The notes below the pieces were generated by a model, which made no database searches, had not been told where the DNA came from, and saw only the letters and a program-made list of their open reading frames with translations. The translations under genes and the position numbers were made by a program. Positions 48,833-57,945 of a stretch of DNA of 64,000 nt are shown here, in pieces. Position 1 is the first letter of the stretch, and every line of letters starts with the position of its first letter. This DNA is from Calditrichia bacterium (GTDB taxonomy: Bacteria; Calditrichota; Calditrichia; RBG-13-44-9; J075), in assembly GCA_050633245.1 (NCBI GenBank), contig JBOEGD010000014.1:1-64000 (forward strand), written 5' to 3'.

Positions 48833-50518
48833 ATGCCTGACGGCAAAAGAACAGTTACCTGGTTCAGTCTATTTATGTTCTTTTTTTCCATTGGTTGGTT
48901 TGTAAACAGCACAATGGCTAGTAATGAGACCAATTATCACAAAATCGATAAAGGTCTCGTTTATATGAAAAAGGTTTTCGAAACGGTTTCCAGAAGTTAT
49001 GTGGATAAACTGGACCCGGAGAACCTTAGTAAATCTGCCATCGACGGGATGTTGAATGAATTCGATCCCTATACCGTCTTTTTTGAAGATCCCGGCTCTC
49101 ACCAGCTGCAAATGATTACTCGCGGCAAATATGGCGGAGTCGGCATGGAGATCAGCATTCAGGACGATCGGATTGTAGTAATCTCACCGATGGAAGGCAC
49201 TCCGGCGCAGCGCGCCGGCGTTAGAGCAGGAGATATCCTTTACACCATTAATGGACTCCCGACAACTGATATGACTACCGAAGATGCTTCACGGCAGCTG
49301 CGCGGAAAAATCGGTACCACGGTTCAAATCGAAATGGAACGTGCCGGGTTGGATGAGCGACTTTCCTTCGAGCTTACGCGTGAAGAAATCGTTTTAAAAG
49401 ATGTCACATTTAGTGATTTTATTAAGCCAGGCGTAGCATATTTTCGCCTCTCCGCTTTCTCGGACAAGGCCGGGAAAGAACTACGTGAAGCCGTTTTCGA
49501 ACTTGAGGATCGCGGTGAGATCGAAAAAGTTATTCTCGATCTGCGCGGCAATCCGGGTGGATTGCTGACCGCAGCAGTAGATGTGCTTGATATTTTCCTG
49601 CCGGAAAACCACCTGGTTGTCTCTACCCGGGGCTCCCATGAAAATGAACACAAGTTCTATACAGAAACAGCTGCCATTCTTCCCAATGTACCGCTAGTTG
49701 CGCTGGTGAATCAGTCCAGTGCCAGCGCATCGGAAATTGTCGCGGGCGCAATTCAGGATCTAGATCGTGGCGTAGTTATTGGTGAGGCTACCTTCGGAAA
49801 AGGTCTGGTACAGAAAGTCTACCCGGTTGATAAGATCTCTCAGGCCTACTTGAAAATCACCACCGCAAAATACTACATCCCTTCCGGACGTTCTATTCAA
49901 AAGGAAGACTACAAGAAAAATAATACGGTGTTTACCGACCGCTCTGATAGCGTAGAATACAATCAGGATATCAACTATTATACTGCTAACGGACGCATCG
50001 TGCACAGCGGTAGCGGAATTACACCAGACATTCCGGTTGTCGAAGAACATTTCGATCGGTTTATCCAGCATCTGTTATCCAAGGCCTATTTCTTTCGCTA
50101 TACCGTAGATTATCTGAATAAGTATCCGGAGAAGCAAAAACAAAAGAGCATAATTATCTCTCCAAAAATGCTGGCCGATTTCGAGAAGGTTGTATTAAAG
50201 GATGGATTTAAGATCGAACTTGAAGGGGAGAAGGAGCTGAAGAAGTTCCTCGATATTGCTGAGAAGAAAGACTATAATTCCTCGATGGAAGAGCTGGTCT
50301 CAAATGCGTTAAAACAGCTGGAGCGGCAAAAGCGCACGATGTTCACAAAAAATCGCGAACATATTAAACACATGCTGATGGTAGAGTTTGCCGAGAAGCT
50401 CGGCGGTGCAAAACAACGGATTAAGATGCTTTTGGCACGCGACAAGCAAGTCAATCAGGCGCTCGCCGTTCTGGTTGATCATCGCGAATATCGCGATATT
50501 CTGGCTGTTGGCAATTAA
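48833..50518 (+). CDS. S41A carboxy-terminal processing protease (PDZ)
   Basis: DPYT, YGGVG, DLRGNPGG, SASASEIVAGAIQD, TFGKGLVQ, TTAKYYIPSGRSIQ; CAGGAG RBS before ATG 48833. Confidence 0.95.
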   Translation: MPDGKRTVTWFSLFMFFFSIGWFVNSTMASNETNYHKIDKGLVYMKKVFETVSRSYVDKLDPENLSKSAIDGMLNEFDPYTVFFEDPGSHQLQMITRGKYGGVGMEISIQDDRIVVISPMEGTPAQRAGVRAGDILYTINGLPTTDMTTEDASRQLRGKIGTTVQIEMERAGLDERLSFELTREEIVLKDVTFSDFIKPGVAYFRLSAFSDKAGKELREAVFELEDRGEIEKVILDLRGNPGGLLTAAVDVLDIFLPENHLVVSTRGSHENEHKFYTETAAILPNVPLVALVNQSSASASEIVAGAIQDLDRGVVIGEATFGKGLVQKVYPVDKISQAYLKITTAKYYIPSGRSIQKEDYKKNNTVFTDRSDSVEYNQDINYYTANGRIVHSGSGITPDIPVVEEHFDRFIQHLLSKAYFFRYTVDYLNKYPEKQKQKSIIISPKMLADFEKVVLKDGFKIELEGEKELKKFLDIAEKKDYNSSMEELVSNALKQLERQKRTMFTKNREHIKHMLMVEFAEKLGGAKQRIKMLLARDKQVNQALAVLVDHREYRDILAVGN

Positions 50519-50557
50519 CACTATATAATGAACATCTACATGCAGAGCGGGAAATGA

Positions 50558-50586
50558 TTGCTTTTTCCCGCTTTCCTGTGTATTAT
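50558..50586 (+). promoter_or_regulatory. Sigma70-type promoter overlapping a terminator-like hairpin
   Basis: TTGCTT-N17-TATTAT with an extended TG; overlaps AGCGGGAAA/TTTCCCGCT. Confidence 0.5.
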
Positions 50587-50649
50587 TTCTCCCTCATATA
50601 GACACAACTGACTCAACAAGCGCGGTCTGATATTGCGAAAGGAACTGCT

Positions 50650-51465
50650 ATGGCAACATCTCCTCCAAAAGCCTATAAGAACCTGGACTTTTTAAATAGT
50701 CCTGATGCCCGAACAATTCGTATTCTGGCCGAATACTTGGAGCCACAGTCTCGTTTCGCAAAAGAGCAGGTAAACAACAGCATTGTATTCTTTGGTTCAG
50801 CCCGCTTCATCGATCGCAAGACGGCCGAGTCGCGACTGACAAAAGCACGCGCTGCTCATGAAAAACAGCCGACCCCTGAAACAGAGAATTCACTGCTCGT
50901 TGCACGCCAGAAAATGATTTCTTCTGAATACTATGAAGATGCAAGAGAGCTGGCACGCTTGCTAACGGAATGGAGCATTGAAACCCATAGTAAAGAGGAG
51001 CGCTATTACATTGCCTCCGGTGGCGGCCCGGGCATTATGGAAGCTGCAAATCGCGGTGCGTCGGAAGCAAAAAATGGCGAGTCGATTGGTCTGAATATTT
51101 CTCTTCCCATGGAACAGGGCTGCAATGATTACATCACCGATAAACTAAATTTTGAATTCCACTACTTCTTCACGCGGAAATTCTGGTTTATGTATCTGGC
51201 AAAAGCGCTGATTATTTTTCCGGGTGGGTTCGGTACATTAGATGAAATGTTTGAAGGCCTGACGCTTATTCAAACAGATAAGACAAATCCCAATATGCCG
51301 GTTATTCTTTATGCAGGCGACTACTGGCGAAAGGTAATCAATCTGGAAGCACTTGCTGAAGCCGGTACAATTAGCCCGAAAGACCTCGAGCTATTTGAGG
51401 TCATTGATACACCTACTGCCGCGTTCGAATACCTCAAAGAACGTCTGCCATCAACCTCCAGATAA
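50650..51465 (+). CDS. LOG family (TIGR00730-like) nucleotide phosphoribohydrolase
   Basis: FFGSAR, GGGPGIMEAANRGA, YFFTRK, PGGFGTLDE. Confidence 0.92.
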   Translation: MATSPPKAYKNLDFLNSPDARTIRILAEYLEPQSRFAKEQVNNSIVFFGSARFIDRKTAESRLTKARAAHEKQPTPETENSLLVARQKMISSEYYEDARELARLLTEWSIETHSKEERYYIASGGGPGIMEAANRGASEAKNGESIGLNISLPMEQGCNDYITDKLNFEFHYFFTRKFWFMYLAKALIIFPGGFGTLDEMFEGLTLIQTDKTNPNMPVILYAGDYWRKVINLEALAEAGTISPKDLELFEVIDTPTAAFEYLKERLPSTSR

Positions 51466-51478
51466 CGTCGTCTTTGCA

Positions 51479-52333
51479 ATGAGTGGGTTCTTTTTCGCAG
51501 CTCTGACGGCTGTTTTCTTCGGCCTTCAGAGTAGCTACAGTAAATACGCTGCAAAGGACTTATCTTATCTGGCTCTTACGACAGCAACAATATGTTCTGC
51601 CCTTCCGGTTCTCCTCGCCTATCTTTTCTACAGCGGTATCCCTGATGTAGATGTTCAACCATTTTTACTGGCGACCTTTACCAGCTATGCGTTTAATCTT
51701 TTTGCCTTCCCTCTTTTCTTTCGCGCTATTGTGGTGTCACCGCTTTACTTAACAATGCCGTTTACAGCATTTACCCCGCTTTTTCTGATACCTGTTGCCT
51801 GGCTTACCTTGGGAGAATTACCAGATAGATCAGGCCTTGCCGGCATCCTTATGATTATTGGAGGCGTTTACGTCATTTATCTTCGCGGGGACTGGTTATC
51901 CCCATTTCGCAGCCTGCTAAATGAGCCCGGCAGTCGCTACATGCTGCTGGTTGCCGTTTTATGGTCTGTTTCCGGAACGGTCGAGAAGAATGCCGTCCTT
52001 GCTTCATCTGCTGCGTTCTATGGAACGGCAGTCCACGTTATGCTGGCCATCAGCTTCGTAGCCTACATGGCGTTTAAACAGCCAAAAGAGCTTAAAAAAA
52101 TCCGGCTGCATCCACGCACCTTAATCATACTCAGCCTGATCTCCGGCTCACTGGTTATCTGCCAACTCACGGCACTTACTCTGCTTCAGGTAAGCTATGT
52201 ACTTTCATTTAAACGCGGTGGTATTCTCATCAGCATTTTTCTTGGCTACCTGTTCTTTAGGGAACCCAATCCTGTTAAAAATCTTGCCGGCGGAGCAATT
52301 ATCGTTGCCGGAGCAATCCTTATGATGATTTAG
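51479..52333 (+). CDS. EamA/DMT family transporter
   Basis: About 10 TM helices, two EamA repeats, LGE and FFRE motifs. Confidence 0.88.
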   Translation: MSGFFFAALTAVFFGLQSSYSKYAAKDLSYLALTTATICSALPVLLAYLFYSGIPDVDVQPFLLATFTSYAFNLFAFPLFFRAIVVSPLYLTMPFTAFTPLFLIPVAWLTLGELPDRSGLAGILMIIGGVYVIYLRGDWLSPFRSLLNEPGSRYMLLVAVLWSVSGTVEKNAVLASSAAFYGTAVHVMLAISFVAYMAFKQPKELKKIRLHPRTLIILSLISGSLVICQLTALTLLQVSYVLSFKRGGILISIFLGYLFFREPNPVKNLAGGAIIVAGAILMMI

Positions 52334-52456
52334 ACAATTGTCAATTCGACGATCTCAAATAATAATTCCCGGCCTCAGAGCACAACATTCCAACAAGACT
52401 CTACCAACAAGAGCCCTGAAACTGCCTCAAATACAGCTGAAGACCCTATTTTCTGC

Positions 52457-52485
52457 TTGATTGCCCCTGCATATTTCGATATATT
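52457..52485 (+). promoter_or_regulatory. Sigma70-type promoter for galT-glgA-like operon
   Basis: TTGATT-N17-TATATT. Confidence 0.5.
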
Positions 52486-52531
52486 TTATACTGTTGTAAA
52501 ACAAATGGTTAAATGGTAAAGCATACTGGGA

Positions 52532-53524
52532 ATGCCCGAGCTTCGCAAAGATCCTGTTATTGACCGTTGGGTGTTAATCTCGACGGATAGAAATCGACGG
52601 CCTTCCGATTTTGTCGCTACAATAGCTGAACAAAATCGAAGTTTTTCGCCCTTTTCCCCCGGTAACGAAGCAATGACTCCCCCGGAAATTTTATCTCTGC
52701 CAAAAGGCCGCTCTTTAGACCAGCCGTGGACACTACGAGTCGTACCAAATAAATACCCGGCAATCAAAAATGAGACGTCGCTAAAAGAGACCAAAAACGG
52801 CCTTAATCAAATGCTGCAGGGAGCAGGTTCACATGAGGTAATCATTGAGACACCGCATATGGATCTGCAAACTTCGGAAATGAAGCCGAAAGATCTGGAG
52901 AATTTAATTCGAACCTACTGCATGCGAATAAAAAGTCATCGTAGGAATGAGAATTTAAAATACGTTCAGATCTTCAAAAATCAGGGACCAACCGCCGGCG
53001 CAACATTGCGACATGCCCACTCTCAATTGCTGGCACTGCCCCGGGTTCCAATGAACGTCAAAAATGAATTGCGAGGCGCAAAACGCTATTTCAAAAAGTA
53101 TAAGTGCTGCATCTATTGTGAAATCATAAAGCAAGAAAAATCAGCTGACGTTCGCATCATCTATGAGAATAGTATGTTTATAGCTATTGCGCCCTATGCT
53201 TCGCGTTTTTCTCATGAATCCTGGATTTTGCCAAAACACCATGAATCGCATTTTGAGAAGATGAACCGGCGGCAGCAAAAAGCTGCGGCGGCAGCACTGA
53301 AAGATGTTTTATTGAGAATTGACTATGTTTTGCAGAAGCCGGATCTAAACTATGTTCTGCATACGGCACCGCTGCAAAGCAAAAAGCTAAAGCATTATCA
53401 TTGGCACATAGAAATCATCCCGCGAGTAACGCGGATCGCCGGTTTCGAGCTCGGTAGCGGAATTCATATTAATCCAACGAGCCCGGAAGACGCAGCAGCC
53501 CAACTGAAGAAGATTATTATTTAG
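52532..53524 (+). CDS. galT: Galactose-1-phosphate uridylyltransferase family (HIT-like) nucleotidyltransferase
   Basis: ELRKDP...RRP, PNKYP, HEVIIE, GATLRHAHSQ (HxHxQ), YHWHIEI, AGFELGSG. Confidence 0.88.
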   Translation: MPELRKDPVIDRWVLISTDRNRRPSDFVATIAEQNRSFSPFSPGNEAMTPPEILSLPKGRSLDQPWTLRVVPNKYPAIKNETSLKETKNGLNQMLQGAGSHEVIIETPHMDLQTSEMKPKDLENLIRTYCMRIKSHRRNENLKYVQIFKNQGPTAGATLRHAHSQLLALPRVPMNVKNELRGAKRYFKKYKCCIYCEIIKQEKSADVRIIYENSMFIAIAPYASRFSHESWILPKHHESHFEKMNRRQQKAAAAALKDVLLRIDYVLQKPDLNYVLHTAPLQSKKLKHYHWHIEIIPRVTRIAGFELGSGIHINPTSPEDAAAQLKKIII

Positions 53525-53546
53525 AATACACAAGCAAAGGATCAAT

Positions 53547-55028
53547 ATGAATCCGTTGAAAGTATGTTATGTCTCATCAGAAGTAGTTCCCTTCACACCA
53601 TCCGGTGAGTTGGCATTTTATTCCAAATCACTACCGGTGGCGCTAAAGGAAATGGATCAGGACATTCGTCTGATGATGCCCAAGTATAAGTCGATTAATG
53701 AACGTAAGTTCGTGCTGCGCGAAGTTATCCGTCTGCGTGAGGTCAACGTTTCCTTAAACGATGATAACAAACCGGCAAATGGTAAAACCGCTTTCCTGCC
53801 AAATTCCAAAGTGCATGTCTACTTTCTTTCCGTTCCTGAATACTTTGATAAAAAGGGCGTGTATAGCGATCCAAAAACCGGAAAAATATATAAAGATAAT
53901 GCCGAGCGATTCGGCTACTTCTGTAAAGGCGTTCTGGAAACGCTAAAGCTTCTCTACTGGCAGCCAGACATTATTCACTGCGGCGGTTGGTCCTCATCAC
54001 TCATCCCATATTATCTGAAGAACCATTTTAAAGATGATGAGTTTTTTGCCAATACCCGCACGGTTCTAACAATACACAATTTCCGCGAACAGGGTGAATT
54101 TTCGATGAATGTCGCACAAAAAATTGGTATTGACGAAGAATTACTCGCTAAAGGACAGCCCTTTGAAGCAAACGGCAAGTTCAATTTTCTGAAAGGCGGT
54201 CTGCACTACGCCGACGTTATAAATACAGTAAGTGAAGATTACTGCGCATCAATTACCGACAATCCGAAGACAAAGGTATTTGGATTAGAAGAAGCTCTTG
54301 CCGGTCGAAAGAAAGACTTTTACGGTATAGCTAATGGTACCAGTTATGGCATCTGGAATCCTGAAACCGATGCTCACTTACCACAGACGTTCGATTCAAA
54401 AAGCCTAGACCTGAAATCTGAAAGTAAGCAGGAACTTCGCGAAGAGCTTCAACTCCCGGAAGAAAATCTACCCATTATCGGCTTTGTAAGCGGAATTGAA
54501 GAAGACTCCGGACTAGATCTATTTATGGAATCTCTGGATGATTTGCTCAAGCAAAAACTTCAGCTCGTTGTTGGTGGAATCTCTGACGAGAAGCTTGTAG
54601 AATCTCTACAAAAGATTGCCAAGAAACATCCCGAGAAGATGGCTGTTATCGAAACAATGGATAAGTCGACACATCACCTGCTTACTGCCGCCGCAGACAT
54701 TATGCTTTTCCCAACCCCAATAGCCGGAGGTGGAAACTATCACCTAAGCTGCATGAAATATGGCACAGTTCCTGTCGCACACGCTGTTGGCGCACTGGCA
54801 GATGCTGTTAAGCCATTCGACGGTGAAACGGGAAAAGGGAACGGTTTTACCTTTGACGCATATAAAAAGGCGCCGTTCTTAAAAGCTATTAAAACAGCAC
54901 TAAAAGCGCAGACGGACGAAAAATTATGGGCAAAGGCTCAAAAAAACGGTATGCGTCAGGATTTCTCCTGGGAAAACACTGCCAAGAAATATCAAAAGCT
55001 ATATGAAAAAGCGCTCAAGAAGAAATAA
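53547..55028 (+). CDS. GT5 glycogen synthase homologue with substituted catalytic motifs
   Basis: Full GT-B length; SSEVVPF, MMPKY, DNAERF, PDIIH, TIHN, NFLKGG, WNP, GNGF, DFSW retained, but KTGGL, SRL..QKG and EPCGL are lost. Confidence 0.85.
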   Translation: MNPLKVCYVSSEVVPFTPSGELAFYSKSLPVALKEMDQDIRLMMPKYKSINERKFVLREVIRLREVNVSLNDDNKPANGKTAFLPNSKVHVYFLSVPEYFDKKGVYSDPKTGKIYKDNAERFGYFCKGVLETLKLLYWQPDIIHCGGWSSSLIPYYLKNHFKDDEFFANTRTVLTIHNFREQGEFSMNVAQKIGIDEELLAKGQPFEANGKFNFLKGGLHYADVINTVSEDYCASITDNPKTKVFGLEEALAGRKKDFYGIANGTSYGIWNPETDAHLPQTFDSKSLDLKSESKQELREELQLPEENLPIIGFVSGIEEDSGLDLFMESLDDLLKQKLQLVVGGISDEKLVESLQKIAKKHPEKMAVIETMDKSTHHLLTAAADIMLFPTPIAGGGNYHLSCMKYGTVPVAHAVGALADAVKPFDGETGKGNGFTFDAYKKAPFLKAIKTALKAQTDEKLWAKAQKNGMRQDFSWENTAKKYQKLYEKALKKK

Positions 55029-55032
55029 AGTT

Positions 55033-56118
55033 ATGTTCAGACTATTTAAACTTTCAACAACTTTGGTTGTTTCGATATTGCTATTTGCTTGCGGTTCGAG
55101 TGACAAAAAACAGGCATCAAAATCAATTCCGGAACCTGCCAGAAAGGCAACGGTAGGCGAGAAAGCTCCTATCCAGAGCTTCTCACCTCAGAAGACAGAT
55201 TACAGCGGCTACTATGTTGGAACAATTAATTCCAACTTTCCTGTGCAAATGGAGCTGACTCTTACCGGAGATTCAGCAGCCCTGGCTGGTAGCTACTACT
55301 ACGAATCCTCTGCCAAACCACTTTCGCTTCGCGGCAAGCTGACCTCAAAGGCGTTGACGATTACCGAGACCAATCACGAAGCTGTCAAGACCGGCTCGTT
55401 TAATGGACAGCTTACGGCGCCAAACCGCTTTGAGGGCGTTTGGAAAAACAGCAGTGGTAAAAAGAATCTTCCCTTTGGCCTAAAACGGGTCGCATCCTAT
55501 CAAGCAAAGCAGGAAGCAGCGGCAAAAGCATCTACCCGGAGCATTATTCCAACCTTTTTAAGCAAATCACGACCACTTGGGAATTTGAATGAAACGTTGA
55601 AGGCCGAGGCCGTTAAGCGTAGTCAGGAATTTTTGAAAAATGGCGAAGAGTTTGCCGTTTCGAAGAATAGCGTTGGTTGGGAGATGAGTCAGGACTGCAA
55701 GATCACCTTCTATTCGGAAGAGCTAATAAGTCTGATGACCACGATCTATGAATACAGTGGTGGTGCGCACGGTAATACGGGGTATTCAACAAATACTTAT
55801 CGTGTAAGTGGAGAAAAGCTGATAGACGTGTCACTGGCAGATTTGTTCGTCAAAAACTCAAATTATCTTCAGACACTGTCCAAACTGGTTGTCAACGAGT
55901 TAAAAAAACAAAACGCCCCGGAAGTCGTCTCGGGACGCATAGCAACGTTTAATGCAGAAGATCTGAAGAACTTCTTTCTTACCAGCAAATCTATTAAGTT
56001 TGTATTTGAGCCCTATGCCGTTGGCCCTTATGCGGCAGGCACCTACTTTGCCGAAATTCCGTATGGTCAACTGAATGCGATCATCAACGCAGACGGCCCG
56101 CTAAAACCGCTTTTGTAA
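55033..56118 (+). CDS. Lipoprotein with DUF4163/DUF3298 (PdaC/RsiV-like) domains
   Basis: Lipobox LFAC; YSGGAHGN, LADLF, PYAVGPYAAG. Confidence 0.85.
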   Translation: MFRLFKLSTTLVVSILLFACGSSDKKQASKSIPEPARKATVGEKAPIQSFSPQKTDYSGYYVGTINSNFPVQMELTLTGDSAALAGSYYYESSAKPLSLRGKLTSKALTITETNHEAVKTGSFNGQLTAPNRFEGVWKNSSGKKNLPFGLKRVASYQAKQEAAAKASTRSIIPTFLSKSRPLGNLNETLKAEAVKRSQEFLKNGEEFAVSKNSVGWEMSQDCKITFYSEELISLMTTIYEYSGGAHGNTGYSTNTYRVSGEKLIDVSLADLFVKNSNYLQTLSKLVVNELKKQNAPEVVSGRIATFNAEDLKNFFLTSKSIKFVFEPYAVGPYAAGTYFAEIPYGQLNAIINADGPLKPLL

Positions 56119-56128
56119 CGTTGAGACA

Positions 56129-56183
56129 TACCGTGGGTCGTAGTACCGTGGGTCGTAGTACCGTGGGTTGTAACCCACGGTAC
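56129..56183. repeat. REP-like palindrome with a duplicated left arm
   Basis: TACCGTGGGTCGTAG x2, then GTACCGTGGGTTGTAACCCACGGTAC palindrome, between convergent genes. Confidence 0.85.
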
Positions 56184-56202
56184 GCACAATTATCATCTAA
56201 GC

Positions 56203-57264
56203 CTACAAGAACTCCAGATATTGCCCCTCGTTTTCCGGTAGCACCTCACCAATAATAGCCGAAGCAGGATTTCCTGCAGCAACTAATTGCTCAACTGCCT
56301 GTGCAGCTTCATCAGCTGGCAAAGCAACTAATAGTCCACCGCTGGTTTGTGGATCATATACGATTTCCTGATGCCAGGCCGGTAGCTCGCGCCCAAAACG
56401 AAGGTAGCTTTTCACCATCTCCTCATTGAAACGATTTACTCCGGTATTCATGCCTTTTTCATACATCGCAAGTGCAGAATCCATTGTGGGAAGCGCATTC
56501 AAATCGATGGATAGCATGGCATTCGAACCACGCGCCATTTCCAAACCATGCCCGGCTAAACCAAAGCCGGTAACATCGGTAGCAGCATGCACGTGAAACG
56601 ATTGCAATACTTGGGCTGCGGCGCGGTTCAACAGCGTAACACTGGCAAGACAGGCCTTCATCGCTTCATCGCTAACCCAATTTTTCAGGTTCGCATTAAA
56701 TAAAACTCCACTACCAATGGCCTTGGTTAAAATTAACGCGTCGCCCGGTTTTGCCCCGGTATTTCGCCAGATTTTTTGCGGATGCACAATGCCATTCACC
56801 GACAGTCCAAACTTCGGCTCTTCGTCTTCGGTAGTATGTCCACCTGCCAAAACGGCTCCGGCTTCGGTTATCTTACTTAATGCGCCTTCGACAATACCGA
56901 GCAGTATTTCCGGCCCTAGTCGGGTTGACGGAAAGCCAATAAGATTCAGCGCGCTGATCGGTTTACCACCCATCGCGTAGACGTCACTGATTGCATTCGC
57001 AGCGCCAATCTGCCCAAAGAGGTACGGATCATCTACCGGCGGCGTAATAAAGTCTGCAGTGGTGACAATAGCCGTTTCATCGTCGATGCGATAAACACCC
57101 GCGTCATCACTGGTTTCATATCCAACCAGCAGATTCTCATCCTGCTTTTTCGGCAACTTGGCCAATAATTCTCCCAGCCCGACCGGACTGATTTTAGCCG
57201 CTCAACCGCAGGTTTTTGCGAGACTTGTAAGAGTATGTTTTCGACGCAGGTTTAGTATTGACAC
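56203..57264 (-). CDS. selD: Selenide, water dikinase (selenophosphate synthetase), selenocysteine-containing
   Basis: Frame continues through TGA 57202-57204: GTG...LTSLAKTCG-U-AAKISP; DDAGVY, DFITP, ANAISDVYAMGG, GGHT, TDVTGFGLAGH, DPQTSGGLL. Confidence 0.93.
57175..57190 (-). promoter_or_regulatory. Putative bacterial SECIS hairpin
   Basis: CAGUCC-GGUC-GGGCUG stem-loop beginning 11 nt after the in-frame UGA. Confidence 0.65.
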
Positions 57265-57377
57265 GTGAACTTCCGAAATAGTGATTGTTAACGATACAAA
57301 TTCGATTTACTATTTAGCTGGTTAAAAAATACAGGTCTTCAACTCACAAAAGCAACCCCTAGTTTGGAAGGTTCAGC

Positions 57378-57944
57378 ATGGAATATTTTGAAAATGAAAA
57401 AAATGCTCGCGACTATATCAAAATGTGCGAAGGCTATGATGGGCAAGAACTGGTTGAACTTCTGCGGCAGCACCTTCCAGATCAGTCTACTTTGCTGGAA
57501 CTCGGCATTGGACCGGGAACAGACTTTGAGATCCTCAAAAATCACTATCGCGTAACGGGATCAGATTTCTCTTCAACCTTTCTTAAGCTTTATCACGAAA
57601 AGGATCCGGAGGCCAATCTCATTCAGCTGGATGCCGTTACAATGGCAACTGAGCAATTATTCGATGGCATCTACTCCAATAAAGTGTTGCATCATCTATC
57701 GAGAGAAGATCTTAAAACTTCACTGGCAAATCAATACAACAGGTTAAATGAGAATGGTATTCTGCTACACTCTTTCTGGCATGGCAACAAGGAAGAAACG
57801 CATCATGGGATGCGATTTATTTATTATACAGAAGAGCAACTAAGCAGGCTCTTTCAACCTCAATTCACTATTTTATACATGGCGCGGTACTCGGAAATGG
57901 ATGAGCAGGATTCAGTGGTGCTGATTGCTAAAAGGAACCAGTAA
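57378..57944 (+). CDS. Class I SAM-dependent methyltransferase
   Basis: LLELGIGPG, GSDFS, FDGIYSNKVLHHL. Confidence 0.9.
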   Translation: MEYFENEKNARDYIKMCEGYDGQELVELLRQHLPDQSTLLELGIGPGTDFEILKNHYRVTGSDFSSTFLKLYHEKDPEANLIQLDAVTMATEQLFDGIYSNKVLHHLSREDLKTSLANQYNRLNENGILLHSFWHGNKEETHHGMRFIYYTEEQLSRLFQPQFTILYMARYSEMDEQDSVVLIAKRNQ

Positions 57945-57945
57945 T

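Noticed and set aside
57166-57264. selD as a nonsense-truncated pseudogene
   Set aside because: The TGA falls exactly at the Cys/Sec catalytic position and is followed by a SECIS-like hairpin
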